A DNA stretch of 64,000 nucleotides from Bilabrum cf. latius (lineage: Eukaryota). The position numbers and the translations under genes are program-made. Shown here one piece after another: positions 1-11,700 of this stretch. Position 1 is the stretch's first letter. Each line of letters opens with the position of its first letter. The notes under the pieces were generated by a model. That model saw nothing but the letters and a program-made list of their open reading frames with translations. It was not told the DNA's origin and made no database searches. Where the stretch lies: contig OZ237773.1 in NCBI GenBank assembly GCA_965178125.1, forward strand, positions 496,001 to 560,000, in the 5' to 3' direction.

Positions 1-225
1 CCCCTTCTCCGCTAGGTGCTCCTGCCTCTGCACTCATCACACCGCATGGCCAACGAGCTCATCCCCGTGCTCGCCTTCTACCACCAGCACCTCGCGTGGT
101 ACCTGCTGGCGGCGTGCGGGAGGGCCCCCCATATGTCCGCTGAGTGCCTCCAGGGCTGATGCAGTGCCTCCCCGAGGACAAGGAAAGCGCGAGCAAGAAA
201 ACGCCGCTCTTTTTGAAAGCCCTAC
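1..225 (+). pseudogene. Fragment resembling a PP2A B56-type regulatory subunit, frameshifted and truncated
   Basis: Frame 1 reads PLLR(TAG)VLLPLH...VLAFYHQHLAWYLL...ECLQG then TGA 157-159. A -1 shift at ~156 continues LMQCLPEDKESASKKTPLFLKAL, similar to B56 VLIPLH..YHQQLAYC..GLLKYWP..SQKEVMFLNEL. Cut off by the duplicated block at ~215. Confidence 0.4.
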
Positions 226-639
226 ACGATCCAGGCGACCGTTGCAGGCAGCTGCAACGTTCCCGAGCTAATGAGCCAAAGCGGTAACGCAAGCAATTCC
301 ATTCTTTGATGTTAATTTTTGCTGCACCGTCGCCGGTCCTAAAATTCCGATTTGGTCGCATTATGTGGTCGCAAGTAGTCTGGACGCCTATTTTGTACAT
401 TGCATCTACTACACGGGTTCACACTTGCATTCCTTGTACAGCACACCAACGCACCCATCATCCAGCCCGGCAATTGCCAATCGCTGGTCCGAGTTGCCAA
501 ACACGCTGCGAACTCCGGCGGAGCGCTCCCGTCGTCGCTTCCGACCACCCTGCTTGCCCTCTTCAGCCGGCATTCCCGGCCAACAGCCGAAGGCCGCACA
601 GGTCCCGTTCCTCGCCAGATACACCCGTTCCGCTCCACG
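215..639. repeat. Diverged copy of 2387-2840 (~430-bp direct duplication)
   Basis: Long near-identical stretches in both copies (e.g. acacgatccaggcgaccgttgcaggcagctgcaacgttcccgagctaatga), with a few indels. Confidence 0.95.
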
Positions 640-662
640 AGTGGAATTGTTACCGTTTCAAC

Positions 663-2474
663 TCAGCTAACGACGCATCTCCGATTGGCCGTCGCTGCTC
701 CCTCCACCGGCTCAGCACTAGCGGCAGAGGCAGCAGAAGCAGTAGTAGCAGTAGCATCTGCGGCATTGCCCCCTGAAGAGTCGCTCCGCGGTGGGGCTTG
801 AGCAGGAGCAGGAGCTGCATCCTCACTGGCTGTGCCGGCCGAGACCTAGATGGCTCCGAGCACCAAGGCACCTGCAGAAAAGGTCACAGCCTGTGGGGCC
901 ATCATGGGCATGTAGTCATCAATCAGTTTCTTCAAAGATGCCATGAACCCGTCCTCTTCAGTCGCATCCATGGCCTGGGCAAGATTCGGCGGAAGCATCG
1001 CCACGAAGGCCAGCAAGCTCACCGCTTGCTTCCACAGCGGCCAGCACGCGAACGAATGCAGCTGCCCGATCGCGATTGCCAGCAGCAGTGCGTCCGCGAA
1101 GGGACGGAATGATACTACCCGCGACAGACCAGTCATTCTCTCGAACCAGTCCACGGCCCCGCCCTGCGCCCGCCTCACCGCCGCCTTGGCGCGCCGCAGC
1201 AGCCCCCACACAGCCCCGACAACTCCCCTCGTCTCGGTCTCCTAGCGCACCCCAGCGTCGTCATCTAAGCCATGGCGGCTGGGAGGAGTCATGATGGCCA
1301 CGACGAGTGCGAGATCGGCGGGCAGCGCCACGACGGGCTCGCCTGAAGAGAGCACACCGACAGCCCCGGCTGCGCCCGCCCGTACCTCGGGGTCGGCGCC
1401 CTCGCTGTCACTGTCGCTGCCCCTGCCGTCATCGTCGTCCTCCGCCCCTTGTCGTGGGGCGGGCGGCTGCCTAGAATCGGAAGCGGAGAGCTGGGCCGCA
1501 ATGGTCCTAGCCAGGGGGGCGACCTTGGCCAATATCTCCTCAATCGGGTCCGAAGCCCAGAACGTGCGGTGCGAAGGGTCCACCTCCATGCTTCGGGAGT
1601 GCCTGCAGGCAGCAACTAGGTCTCTGGCACTGCTCCCGTGGCGTTTGCTAGCCGCGATTGCGTCTCCCAGGGCCAGGTTCGCCCAAAGAAGCGACTTCCG
1701 CCATAACGGGATGGAGGTCAGGACATGGACCGCCAGATGGGCGTCGGCCACGTGGGCTGCGAATGAACCGTGCACGGCTGGCGTCCCATCCAATGCGGGC
1801 ACTGAGGCAATCATGTGGCACACGATCATTGCAGCGGCAGCCGCCACGATCCGGCCAGCCGCCATTTTGGTGCTGTTCCTGTCCCGACATGCGAGCGAGT
1901 CGAAAGTCACGGCCACTATTACGAGACCTACCAGGCGGTCCACAGAAGCGACGACAAAATCCCCGAGTGCAGTATAACACATACATGTAATGAAAGAGCT
2001 TGCTACCAGCGGGTTCAGAAAGCCAACCTTGAGCTTCTGAACCAGGAGTCCGGCCGGGAGGCCAAGGAGTTTGTCAAGGGCCGAGGGGACGACGAGCATC
2101 TGATTGGCCAGCTCCAGCGTGTCGAAGTGCGTGTAAAACTAGTAGCAGGCGCAAACACAGAGCACTGCCACAATTACGGGATTCGCATAAAGCCGCAGCA
2201 GCCACGCGCCATCCACTCCGTAGATTGATCCGGTCGAGTGCGTCGAAACAATGGCTACGTGCACAAGGAGCAAGACGGCGATCTTGCAAGTGCTGATTAG
2301 TCCGGTGTTTCTTGCTGCCTTGAACTGCTGCACCGCGCCTCGCCAAATGAGCCTAAAAATGCCAACATCGATCCAGAGGAGTCTCGGAAAGCCCCACACG
2401 ATCCAGGCGACCGTTGCAGGCAGCTGCAACGTTCCCGAGCTAATGACCCAAAGCGGTAACGCAAGCAATTCCAT
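663..2474 (-). CDS. Uncharacterised multi-pass membrane protein, 603 aa with TAG=Gln
   Basis: ORFs 2139-2474, 1242-2099 and 846-1211 share one frame, separated only by TAG (2139, 1242, 846). ATG 2474, TGA 663-665. Several hydrophobic segments. Confidence 0.7.
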
Positions 2475-2840
2475 TCTTTGATGTTAATTTTTGCTGTCGA
2501 AAGCAACGGGGGACCGTCGCCGGTACTAAAATTCCGATTTGGTCGCAATATGTGGTCGCAAGTGGTCTGGACGCCTACATCTCATCTACTACACAGGTTC
2601 ACACTTGCATTCCTTGTGCAGCACACCAACGCACCCATCATCCAGCCCGGCAAGTGCCAATCGCTGGTCCGAGTTGCCAAACACGCTGCGAACTGCCGGC
2701 GGAGCGCTCCCGTCGTCGCTTCCGTCCCCTCCTCGGGCAGCAGAACCACCCTGCTTGCCCTCTTCAGCCGGCATTCCCGGCCAACAGCCGAAGGCCGCAC
2801 AGGTCCCGCTCCTCGCCGGATACACCCATTCCCCTTCACG
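2387..2840. repeat. Second copy of the ~430-450 bp duplication, covering the first ~29 codons and upstream region of the 663-2474 gene
   Basis: Direct comparison with 215-639. Confidence 0.95.
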
Positions 2841-2890
2841 TGCAGCATGCCGGGTGCTCGAGCGACCTCCGGTACTGCTGCATCCAAACC

Positions 2891-3160
2891 CTACTGCAGC
2901 ACGAACTCGGCCTCATCGAGCTCCCGAGGAGGCAGCTCCGCGTCCCCTTCGGTGCTGCTGTCCGTCAATTCACTAAACCGGATCCCCCTTACGATCCCCA
3001 GGAATCGGCTTGTCATGCCAGGCTCGTAGAACTCGGGCAAGAGCTCCTTGACGTCACGGTCCATCCAGGCCTGGCGAACCCCGCGGAAGGTTTGGAGCAT
3101 CGAAGCTGCCCGACTGCAGCCGGAGCATGTGCTCGGGCATCACGCGGGCCAGGTACGAGA
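2891..3160 (-). pseudogene. BEACH-domain gene fragment with a frameshift
   Basis: YLARVMPEHMLRLQSGSFDAP, a frameshift near 3095, then TFRGVRQAWMDRDVKELLPEFY...GDAELPP. Matches BEACH motifs LQxGxFDxPDR, DVKELIPEFY and DVELPPW. The rest of the domain is missing. Confidence 0.7.
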
Positions 3161-3463
3161 TTAGGCAGAACTGGTCGCTGCATTGCGAGCAGTGCAGTTT
3201 CATTCGCTTGCCTTAACCCTAACGAGTAAGTGAGCCGCCCTGGCTTCTCCGTGGTGTCAAGCCCCAATCCCTAGCAGTAGGCTGCACATAGTGCGACTAC
3301 GAGCGCGGCCGCACAGGCACGCATCGATTCGCTGAACCCAGCATATCATGTGCTTGTCGAGTCTTGGCTGTGCGCCGCGCAACTGCTTCCGATTACTCAA
3401 TTTAAGCGGAACCTGCGCTGCGGGCATCTCGTCTATCTGGCCGAGGGAGGATCAGGATCATGA

Positions 3464-5284
3464 TCACGCTGGTGCCGGCATGGGCCCGACAGCGGCGATG
3501 TACAGGTCCATCACGTTGGTGCCGGTGGGGCCGGTCCGCAGCAGGCCACCCTCCACGGAGGCCTGAACCAAGTGTGACGAGTGCGATGATTCTTCAGGCC
3601 CGGCTGCTTCGCCTACCTCTTCGGAGCCCGCTGGCCCCGATGCTGGCCCCGATGCTGGCCCTGCCCGCTTCAGCCAGTGGTAGCTGCGGTGAGAGGCAAG
3701 AGCGGCTGCCACGTCACAGTCCGGGTCACCACCTGTGGAATCGCCCTTCGTGTCCGGGTCACCATTCTCCAGGGCCAGCCTGACCGAGTCGCCGTCCACG
3801 ATACCCCCTGCTGCATCGGTGGGGCCATCAGTCCCGTCAGTGCCCCCTGCAAGGAACACGATGTCGGACAAGCCTACGATCTCTGCAGCGGCGGCTGCTG
3901 CCATCTCCTGCGCCCTGCCGCCCATGGGCCCCGAGTCTGCTTCTGGAGGGCCAGGTGCCGCTGCACTGGCTGCATCTGCTTCTGGAGGGCCAGGTGCCGC
4001 CGAGGAGGGCGAAGAAGAGTCGGAGGAGGAGGAGGAGGAGGAGGAGGAGGAGGAGGAGGGAGGCGATTTTCGAAAGGTTACTGTGGTCTCCCCTCCCCCC
4101 AGCAGCACGCAGGGTCCCCGCCCCAGAGACAGCCGCACACCCCCACCGCATGGCCCTGGCCCTGCACCCCCCTCGCCCTCCTCGCCCTCGGGTGTCTCTC
4201 TGCATGCCACAGCCATGCTGGCAATCGTGCGCGCCAGTTCCCCGGCCTCCCCCTGCAGCTTGGTGCCCAGCACGAGGGGGGCAAAACCAAGGCGACGGGC
4301 CTCAAAAGCGGCTGCCTACACAGCCAGTCGGTTGCTGCCCACCACCTCGAGCAAGTGCTCCATGCCTGTGCCCGTGGCCTTGCCCGCTTCGGTGCTGCCT
4401 GCTTTGCCCGGGCTGCGGGCTGCATGGTGACTCGCATCGCCCGATCCAGGTTGTTCCCTGGAGGCCTCCTGTTCCAGCCGGTCCATGACGGGAGCGGGCA
4501 GGCGATCCCGCATGCGGAACCGGCGAACGACTCCAAGGGCCCGCTGCGCGGCACCGGTCGACGAGTCAGGAGGCACGGTGGGACCCGACCCGATCACGGC
4601 TGGGTCATCCCCGATGACGTCACTGAGGACGAGGGTCCATGCCCGGGGACACCCAGCCTCGCGGAGGGCGGCGAGTAGTCCGCCCCCCTTGACGCGGCAC
4701 AGCTGGCTGCGGACAGCGTTCATGTCCTCTATGCTGGCCCCGGACTGGAGGAGCTGCTCGGAGGTGTGAGTGATGTCCTATAGAGAAGTACCCTCCACGG
4801 GTGCAAAGGCCAGCGAGGAGGCTCCCCCTGAAATGAGCACGAGCGCCAGGTCTGCTCCCTTGGCAGAGGCCGCCGCATCCAGAAGCGCCTCACCGGCCTT
4901 TATGCTGGATTCATCCGGTACGGGGTGGCTTGATTCAATTGTTTTGATGCCATACATTTTCAGAGTTTCAGCAGTCGTTGCATGGTGCGCCTCATCTAGT
5001 GTTCCTGCCTTGGTGACCAGCGCACCGCTGATGCGAACGCTCTCGGAGCACTTCTGCAGAATATCAACCGCTGCTGAGCACATGTCCAAGGAGGCTTTGC
5101 CCGCCCCAATCACAACGATTCGCCGCGCTCCGGTTCCGAGGTCAACAGAGCCACGCGTCGTCTCGTCGCCGCTGGCAGAAAAGAGTAGCAGGGTGCCCTC
5201 TCGGCGCAGCCCCCTTTGGACAGCATTCCCAGGCCTAGCAGCGTTAACCCCTGCCAAATACATCTAGAGTACTGCGCGGCGCAT
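3464..5284 (-). CDS. GLYCTK: Glycerate kinase (GLYCTK/MOFRL type)
   Basis: Motifs VIGAGKAS, SSHPVPDESS, LISGGASSL, VKGGGL, LSDVIGDDPAVIGSGPT, GGETTV, GTDGTDGPTDAAG and TGTNVMDL lie in one frame across TAGs at 5264, 4778 and 4316. Ends TGA 3464-3466. Start approximate. Confidence 0.9.
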
Positions 5285-5462
5285 GATGCGCGTCAAATCT
5301 AGCTTGTCCTGATATTTGCAGGCTTCATGCTGGCCGGTTGACGCTTCCGGGTACACCTGCGGATTAAATCAATGTTGCTAGTCATTCGACAATAAAGCAG
5401 GCAAGTGCCCGCGCCCTATGCGTCGTATTTGATTGTATATACTGCAAGCAGGGAGTGCTAGA

Positions 5463-6985
5463 ATGGACCCTGTTGTCACACAACTACGCGATATCTTTCC
5501 GACAGCGGATGATAGCGGGCTTGAGCTCCTCGCAAGGGCGTGCGACAATGATCTGGCGCAAGCTGCGCATCTTGGTCTATGTATCGAGCGGTTTCTTCTT
5601 GATCGCGATGCAGAAGACGACCTTGTGGGCGAAGAAGACTCGAATCGCGGTTCTGGTGCCAGATCCGCGTGTTTGCCATCGCCTGTTGACGGGGCAGCTT
5701 CCACCGAGCCCTCGGTTTCAACATCAAGGCAAAGCTCATTTCCATCACTCTCTGCCGGAATGCTCATCCCGCAGATGCGCAGTGCGATCGCAAAAGAGAC
5801 GGGCCGGGATGCTTCCTTTTTAACAGATGAGTATCTGTGGGGCCTCCTGCAGCAGAACGGGGAGCGGCTGGAGGGCGCGATGTCGCAGCACCGCCAACTT
5901 TAGGACGCCAAGGTCGCCGCAGCCCGCGAACAGGATGAGCTGGACATGGCCCTTGCCCTCTCGGGGCAGGCCGCGCAAGAGGAGGAGGACCAGCTGAAGG
6001 CCGCCCTGGCTGCCTCCATGGCCGTGCACGGAGATGAACAGCAGCAGCAGCAGCAGTACGCGAAGGAACAGGAGGGGGCGGGTCAGTCCAAGTCTGCATC
6101 ACTTGCACCGCATCACGGGGGCTCTCATACGGGGGGCAGCGATATGGCTCGGGGCGCTGCCCGCCTCCTCTCCCTCACCGAGGGGGCCGATGCAGAGGGG
6201 CTGGAGGCGCTGGCTCGGCTCTGGGAGGTGTCCGTTGAGCATGTGTCCGAGCTCGATGCAGAGGCAATCGCACTGAGGAGAAGCGCCTCCGCATCCTCCT
6301 AGGGGTCGGGAGGGGTGCTGGCGCCGCTGGTGCGGAGCGACTCGGTGGCGGGTCGGTTGCTGGCTGCCTGCCTGGACGCGGCTGAGGAGTTCCAGTCGTG
6401 GTGCGCTAAAATGGAGGCGATGCAGGCCGCTGAAATGGAGGGAAGAGTGGCCGGTGGCAGCAGCAGTGTGACGAGTGATGCGCGGCAATCGAGCGATCTA
6501 CCCGAGGCCCCCGGGGACGAAGGCGTGGCGCAGATGGGGCGCAGCATCAGCGCCGTGTCGCAGGGGCTGCAGGAAAGCCTCTGCCACCTTCCGGCTGATG
6601 TGGCGGAGGCGGTCGCTGTGACTGTGATGAGTGACATGGCCGATGATGCTGCCAGTGGGTCTTGGGGGCGAGAGGACAGTGTGGAGGAGGGTGTGAGGGC
6701 TGGGCTGCAGCTGCTGCGGGAGGCGGATCCGGAATCATTCGCAGCCGATGGCGGCTTGGATCCATTCTCATCTTCATCTTTTCAAAAAGACGGTTGGGCA
6801 ATAGCGGGCGGATCCGATGCAGTGGTGGGAAGCGGGAGCGGGAGCAAGTCGTCGGTATCGGTCTCGGCTCTTGCAGAGGCGGAATGGGGGGTCCCAGTCG
6901 AGACCGGAGATAGAGCTGGCGGTACCAGCGGTGATGCAGATGGAGAGGGTGCGGCGGGGCCAGGCCAGACGAGCGACGGGGGCAT

Positions 6986-7024
<39 letters not shown>

Positions 7025-8504
7025 GCAGGGACAGGGGGCGGCACTGCTTGGTGGTGCAGGGGCGGGGCTATGGCAGGGCCCCGGGGCTGGACGCAAGGGG
7101 AAGGGCAAGGGCAAGGGCAAGGGCAAGGGCAAGGGCAAGCGAGAGAGGAAACGGCCTAACCGCAAGGGCAAGGGCAAAGGCGGGCCAATGTCAACGTCGG
7201 TGTCAACGTCGGTGCAGTCGAGGGGTACCCTGGCACCGACCGATGCGCCCTCGTCGTTGTTCCCTGGGCCAGGCCGGGCCCCAGGGGCTGGCACAGCCGA
7301 AGTGGTCCCGATCGAGGCCCAGATGCGGGCCCTCCAGCAGGAAAAGAGGGCCAGGGAACAAGCGAGGGAGGCAGACCCGAGGCGCCGCACCGCCGCGCAG
7401 CTGGACGCTTCCGCCTCGCTGCCGTGGACCAAGCTGGCCAAGGGGGGCCGGAGGGGGCTGCTGCGGCACCTGCAGTCCACTGCGGTGAGCAGCGGGGCAG
7501 GGCGGGCGGGGTGGGCCCAGCAAGTGAGGCAGAGATCGGATCAGGCAGTGCACGATCCAGAGGCTGTGACGAGTGCTCGCATCGTGGCGGTGGGGGAGCG
7601 GCGCGGGGGCATGGACGACCTGGCCGGATTGGAGGCGCTTGAGGGCGGGGCGGTCGGTGGGGCAGGGATAGGGGTTGCAGGGGGGCGGGGGCGGGCTGAG
7701 AGCAGGCTGCTGCAGGCGGTGTGCGAGAGGTTGGGCGTGTATGGGTGTGCGGCTCTATTGGAGGCGGTGGGTGGGAACTGGCACCGGCTGCGACTAGAGC
7801 TGGAGGCCCCTGCGCGAGAGCTGGATAGGAGGAGGACACGGCTGGCATCGGCGGCATGCCGGCAAATGGCGGGGGGTGCTGCAGCGAGTGCCGCTGGGGG
7901 GTCCATGCTGGGGGCCAGGTCTCGGGAGGTGCTCGCGGCCGCAGAGGCCTAGCGGAGACATGCCGCGAGCGTGCTGGTGCTGCTGCGCTCTGCGGGTCCC
8001 CGCGCGGGGGACAGGCTTCTGTCCTAGCTTGATCGGGGGAGGGCGGGCGCGGGGATCGCGACGGGCGCGGGGGCGGACGGGGCTCTCCTCTCGGCTGCTG
8101 ACCTGCTGTCCGAGGAGCAGGAGAAGGAGAAGGAGAGGAGGGGGGAGGGCGGGAGCGGGAGTGGGCATGCGGGGGGTGGGACTGGGGGCAGGGGGGCTCG
8201 GCTGCTGGACCTGCATGGGGCGCGTGCAGCCGATGGTGTCGCGCTGCTTCGGAGTACCCTTGGGGCTCTGGGCCGGCGGGCTGCGGCCTTGGGCGTCTCT
8301 GCTGGAGCGGGGTCGGAAGCGGCTAGGGCACTGCACGTGGTGACGGGGCGGGGGTCCCACAGCAGGCACTTGGGGGTGAGTGCACTGCGGAGCGCGGTGC
8401 ATAGCGAGCTGCAGCGGCTGCGGGATGCGGGGGCTGTGAGGTTCTCGGCGGTGGGCCCGGGTGCATTCGACGTGAGAGTTCTAGGATCAGTATCCACTGG
8501 ATGA
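5463..8504 (+). CDS. CUE-like/UIM/Smr-domain protein (Cue2/N4BP2-like architecture), 1013 aa
   Basis: N-terminal VTQLRDIFP (CUE-like), UIM-like DELDMALALS and EEDQLKAALAAS, C-terminal Smr LDLHG...VVTGRGSHS. One frame through TAGs at 5901, 6300, 7950 and 8025; ends TGA. Confidence 0.8.
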
Positions 8505-8725
8505 ATATACTCGATGTATGGTTGACGCTTTGCACACTGCTGACTCTCTCAAGCTTTCGTTGCGTTCACTGCGACCACATCGTCGAGGCACCGGACTGTT
8601 TTGCGACCAACCGAATGCAACCACGCACCAAAGTTTCCAACGAGACACCCTCCATATCTAAAACGATTCTAACGCTACCATATCTCATTTGCGATAAATC
8701 ACGCTATCTTGCATATATAGGTCGC

Positions 8726-11700
8726 ATGAGAACCAGCGTCATCTTGCTATTCGGTGCGCTACTCGCTCTGGCGGAACCAATCGCCAAGCCTGCAAGGCAT
8801 GGCACAGAGAGACAAGGACAACCCCTGGATGCGCTAAGAACGGATGTAAGCAACCTATGCACACAAGTAAGTTTACTCGGTCCAGCACGGAATAGCCTGG
8901 CTTCATCAGATGCCTTCGGTGATGATCCGATTGTCATTGCAATAGCTGTATAACCCTCGCCTCTTTGATGTAAGAAACTATACACATGCGTTTTTACAAC
9001 AAATTCTCAAATACTGGTGCAGTAGCGCGATGACGGTGTCGCTGTAGACACCTTGTCGGGAGTAAAATTATGCGATGGGGCTGCAGTCGGCGACGTCAAT
9101 GATTATGATATTCATGGCTTCGCAGCACGTGCGCCGTCCAGCGCAGGCACCATCGCTTACATGCCTACTGCGGATCGACGGTCGCTGTCGGGAGGAGGCC
9201 CCAACCCCTCTCCCTCACCGAGCCCAGCAGCCCCTGGAGTCGTGGTGGGTGCCGTGGATGTCATTGCCGGGGAGAATACAGCATGTCTCCTGGACCTTAC
9301 CACTGGAGACAACATGGGCAGCGCGGTGCTTGGACTTGGCGACCTTGACGGGGACACGGTCCCAGACGCGGCCGTGGGTGCCCCCCGGGATGACGCAGGG
9401 TAGGTAGATGCCGGCGTGGTGCATGTGCTGCTGCTGCACCAGAACGGGAGCTGCAGGGCGTCAACTACCATCGGTCCGACGCGCGGGACTTCTCCTGCTT
9501 TTGATGGAGGCAGTTCCGGTCAATTCGGGGCATCGCTGGGCCTGCTCAGGTAGCCTGCAGGTGAGATGCCAAGCAGTCCGCGGCTGTTGGTGGGGGAGCC
9601 GGGAAGCAGCCAGGGTGGCTCCACTTCGGGGATGCTTCGAGTGGTTCGGCTGCATTCCAACGGTACTGTCCGTCTGGTCACCCGCATTGGGAGGGGGCTG
9701 GACCCTGCATCCGGTGGGGTGGACATCCCTGCATCCGGCAGGTTTGGAACATCTGTAGTGGGTGACCTAGGGGACCTGGACCAGGACGGGCTGAATGACA
9801 TCGCGGTCGGGTCGATCACGGAGGCAGCGCCGCACGGCCTTGCTGGCGCGATTTACCTTGTCTTCATGCACGGAAATGACACGGTGAAGGGGGTGGCTCG
9901 TATCAGCCAGGCGCAGGGGGAGGGGCTGCACACAGTGTCTGCAAGCCTGGAACTGATCGGGACAGCCATGGCGGTGCTGCCCCCACCGGAGCCTGGCATG
10001 CTGCCCAGGCTGGGAGTATCTACTTCGACGTACCTGGCCGTTGCACAGCTGGACACACCCACGGCCGAGAGGACGAGCTGGGTCTCTCATTTGGACGAAC
10101 TGGCGGGCGGTGCGTAGGGGAAGAATCCAATCGGGGCCAGATGGGCGACGACGGATGGGTTCGGCAAGGTGTTGGCCCCAGTGGGCGACATGAACGGCGA
10201 CGGTCATTACGATCTTGCAGTGGGGGCACCGTTTGACTTTGCGCATGGCGCCAGTACGGGTGCTGTGTTCCTTGTGTATCTGCAATGCAATGCAACCAAC
10301 ACATGGACGGTGGGATTCAGCACGATCGATGCACAGGTCCCATCGATCGGTTCATTGATCGGAGCAGGCGACCAACTGGGTGCAGTGTCTCTTCTCGGCG
10401 ACATGAATGCCGACAGGAGAGTCGACCTCGTGGTGGGGGCTCGGCTGGAGGACTCAAAGGGGTCCAACGCAGGCGCTGCCCTGGTCCTCACCATGGGGGG
10501 CAGTGCAGCATCACCCACCCCCAGCCCCTCTGCCACCCCCAGTCCCAGTCCAACCCTAAGCCCTGCATCCGCGGGTCAGGTGGTCGGCGCTCGGCGCTTC
10601 GTGGGCAACGGCAGCAGCTCTTCGCAGCTGCACGTGGGCGCCGAGGATCGATTCGGAGGGTCTATAGTCGCACTGGGCGATGTGGATCTCGATGGAGTGC
10701 CTGACGTGGCGGTGGGGGCCTCCCGGGATGACGATGGGGCAGCAGATGCAGGCGCGGTGTGGGTGCTCCTTCTGCGGTAGGACGGCTCGTGCAAGGCTGC
10801 TTAGAAAATCAGCGCCGCGGAGGGCGGGCTGGATGCGATGGAAGGTCAGCTGGGAGGAGAGTTTGGAAAGGGGCTGGGCGTGCTGTGGCAGCCCGGTGGG
10901 GAGCATCCGACTATGCCCCGGCTGCTGGTGGGCGAGTTCGATAGTGACCAAGGTGGCTCTGGCACGGGGAGGCTGTGGGTGCTGAGGCTGTCTAGAAATG
11001 GTACTGTAGGATTCAGTACGGTCATCGGAAAGGGTACCAACTACACCCGTGGAGATGTGGACATCGCCGCAGCGGTGGCATTCGGGTCCTCCGTCACCGG
11101 ATCATTAGGCGATCTGAACGCAGACGGAATCAATGACATCGCAGTGGGGGCCGTAGGGGACGATGTGGCAACCAACTTCGGCGGTGCGATCTACCTTCTG
11201 TTGATGCGCGGAGATGACACAGTGAAGGAGATGGGTCGTGTCAGCCAAGCGCCTGGGGAAGGGCTAGACGCCATATCCTCAAGCTTGCTATTCATAGGGG
11301 AAACGGTGACTGTGCTGGCTCCCCCGGAACCGAGCATGCTGCCTCGTCTGGTAGCGGCGACAGGAATACAGAAGTTCATAGCGGTGATGCAGCTGCATGC
11401 ACCTGGGACTGATCCAGAGGCCAGCGGTTGGGTGTCTCATGTGGACCAGCTGTCTGGGCCATCAGGGGCGAATCCCATCGGGGCCTGGCAGGTGAGTGCG
11501 AATGGATTCGGCAGCGGGGCCGCGTCGGTGGGCGATATGGACGGCGATGGTGACCATGACCTTGCAATAGGCGCGCAACAGGACTATGGAGCAGGGCAGG
11601 CTACTGGTGCGGTCTATCTGCTGTACCTTCGGAGCAATGCAACCCGCACCTGGGTGGCTGGCTTCGATGTAGTGAACCCCTCGGCTGCTGCGATCGGGGC

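Noticed and set aside
215-2840. The direct repeats as LTRs of a retroelement
   Set aside because: No TG..CA termini, primer-binding site or gag/pol seen; the repeat includes the start of the enclosed gene, as expected of a partial duplication.
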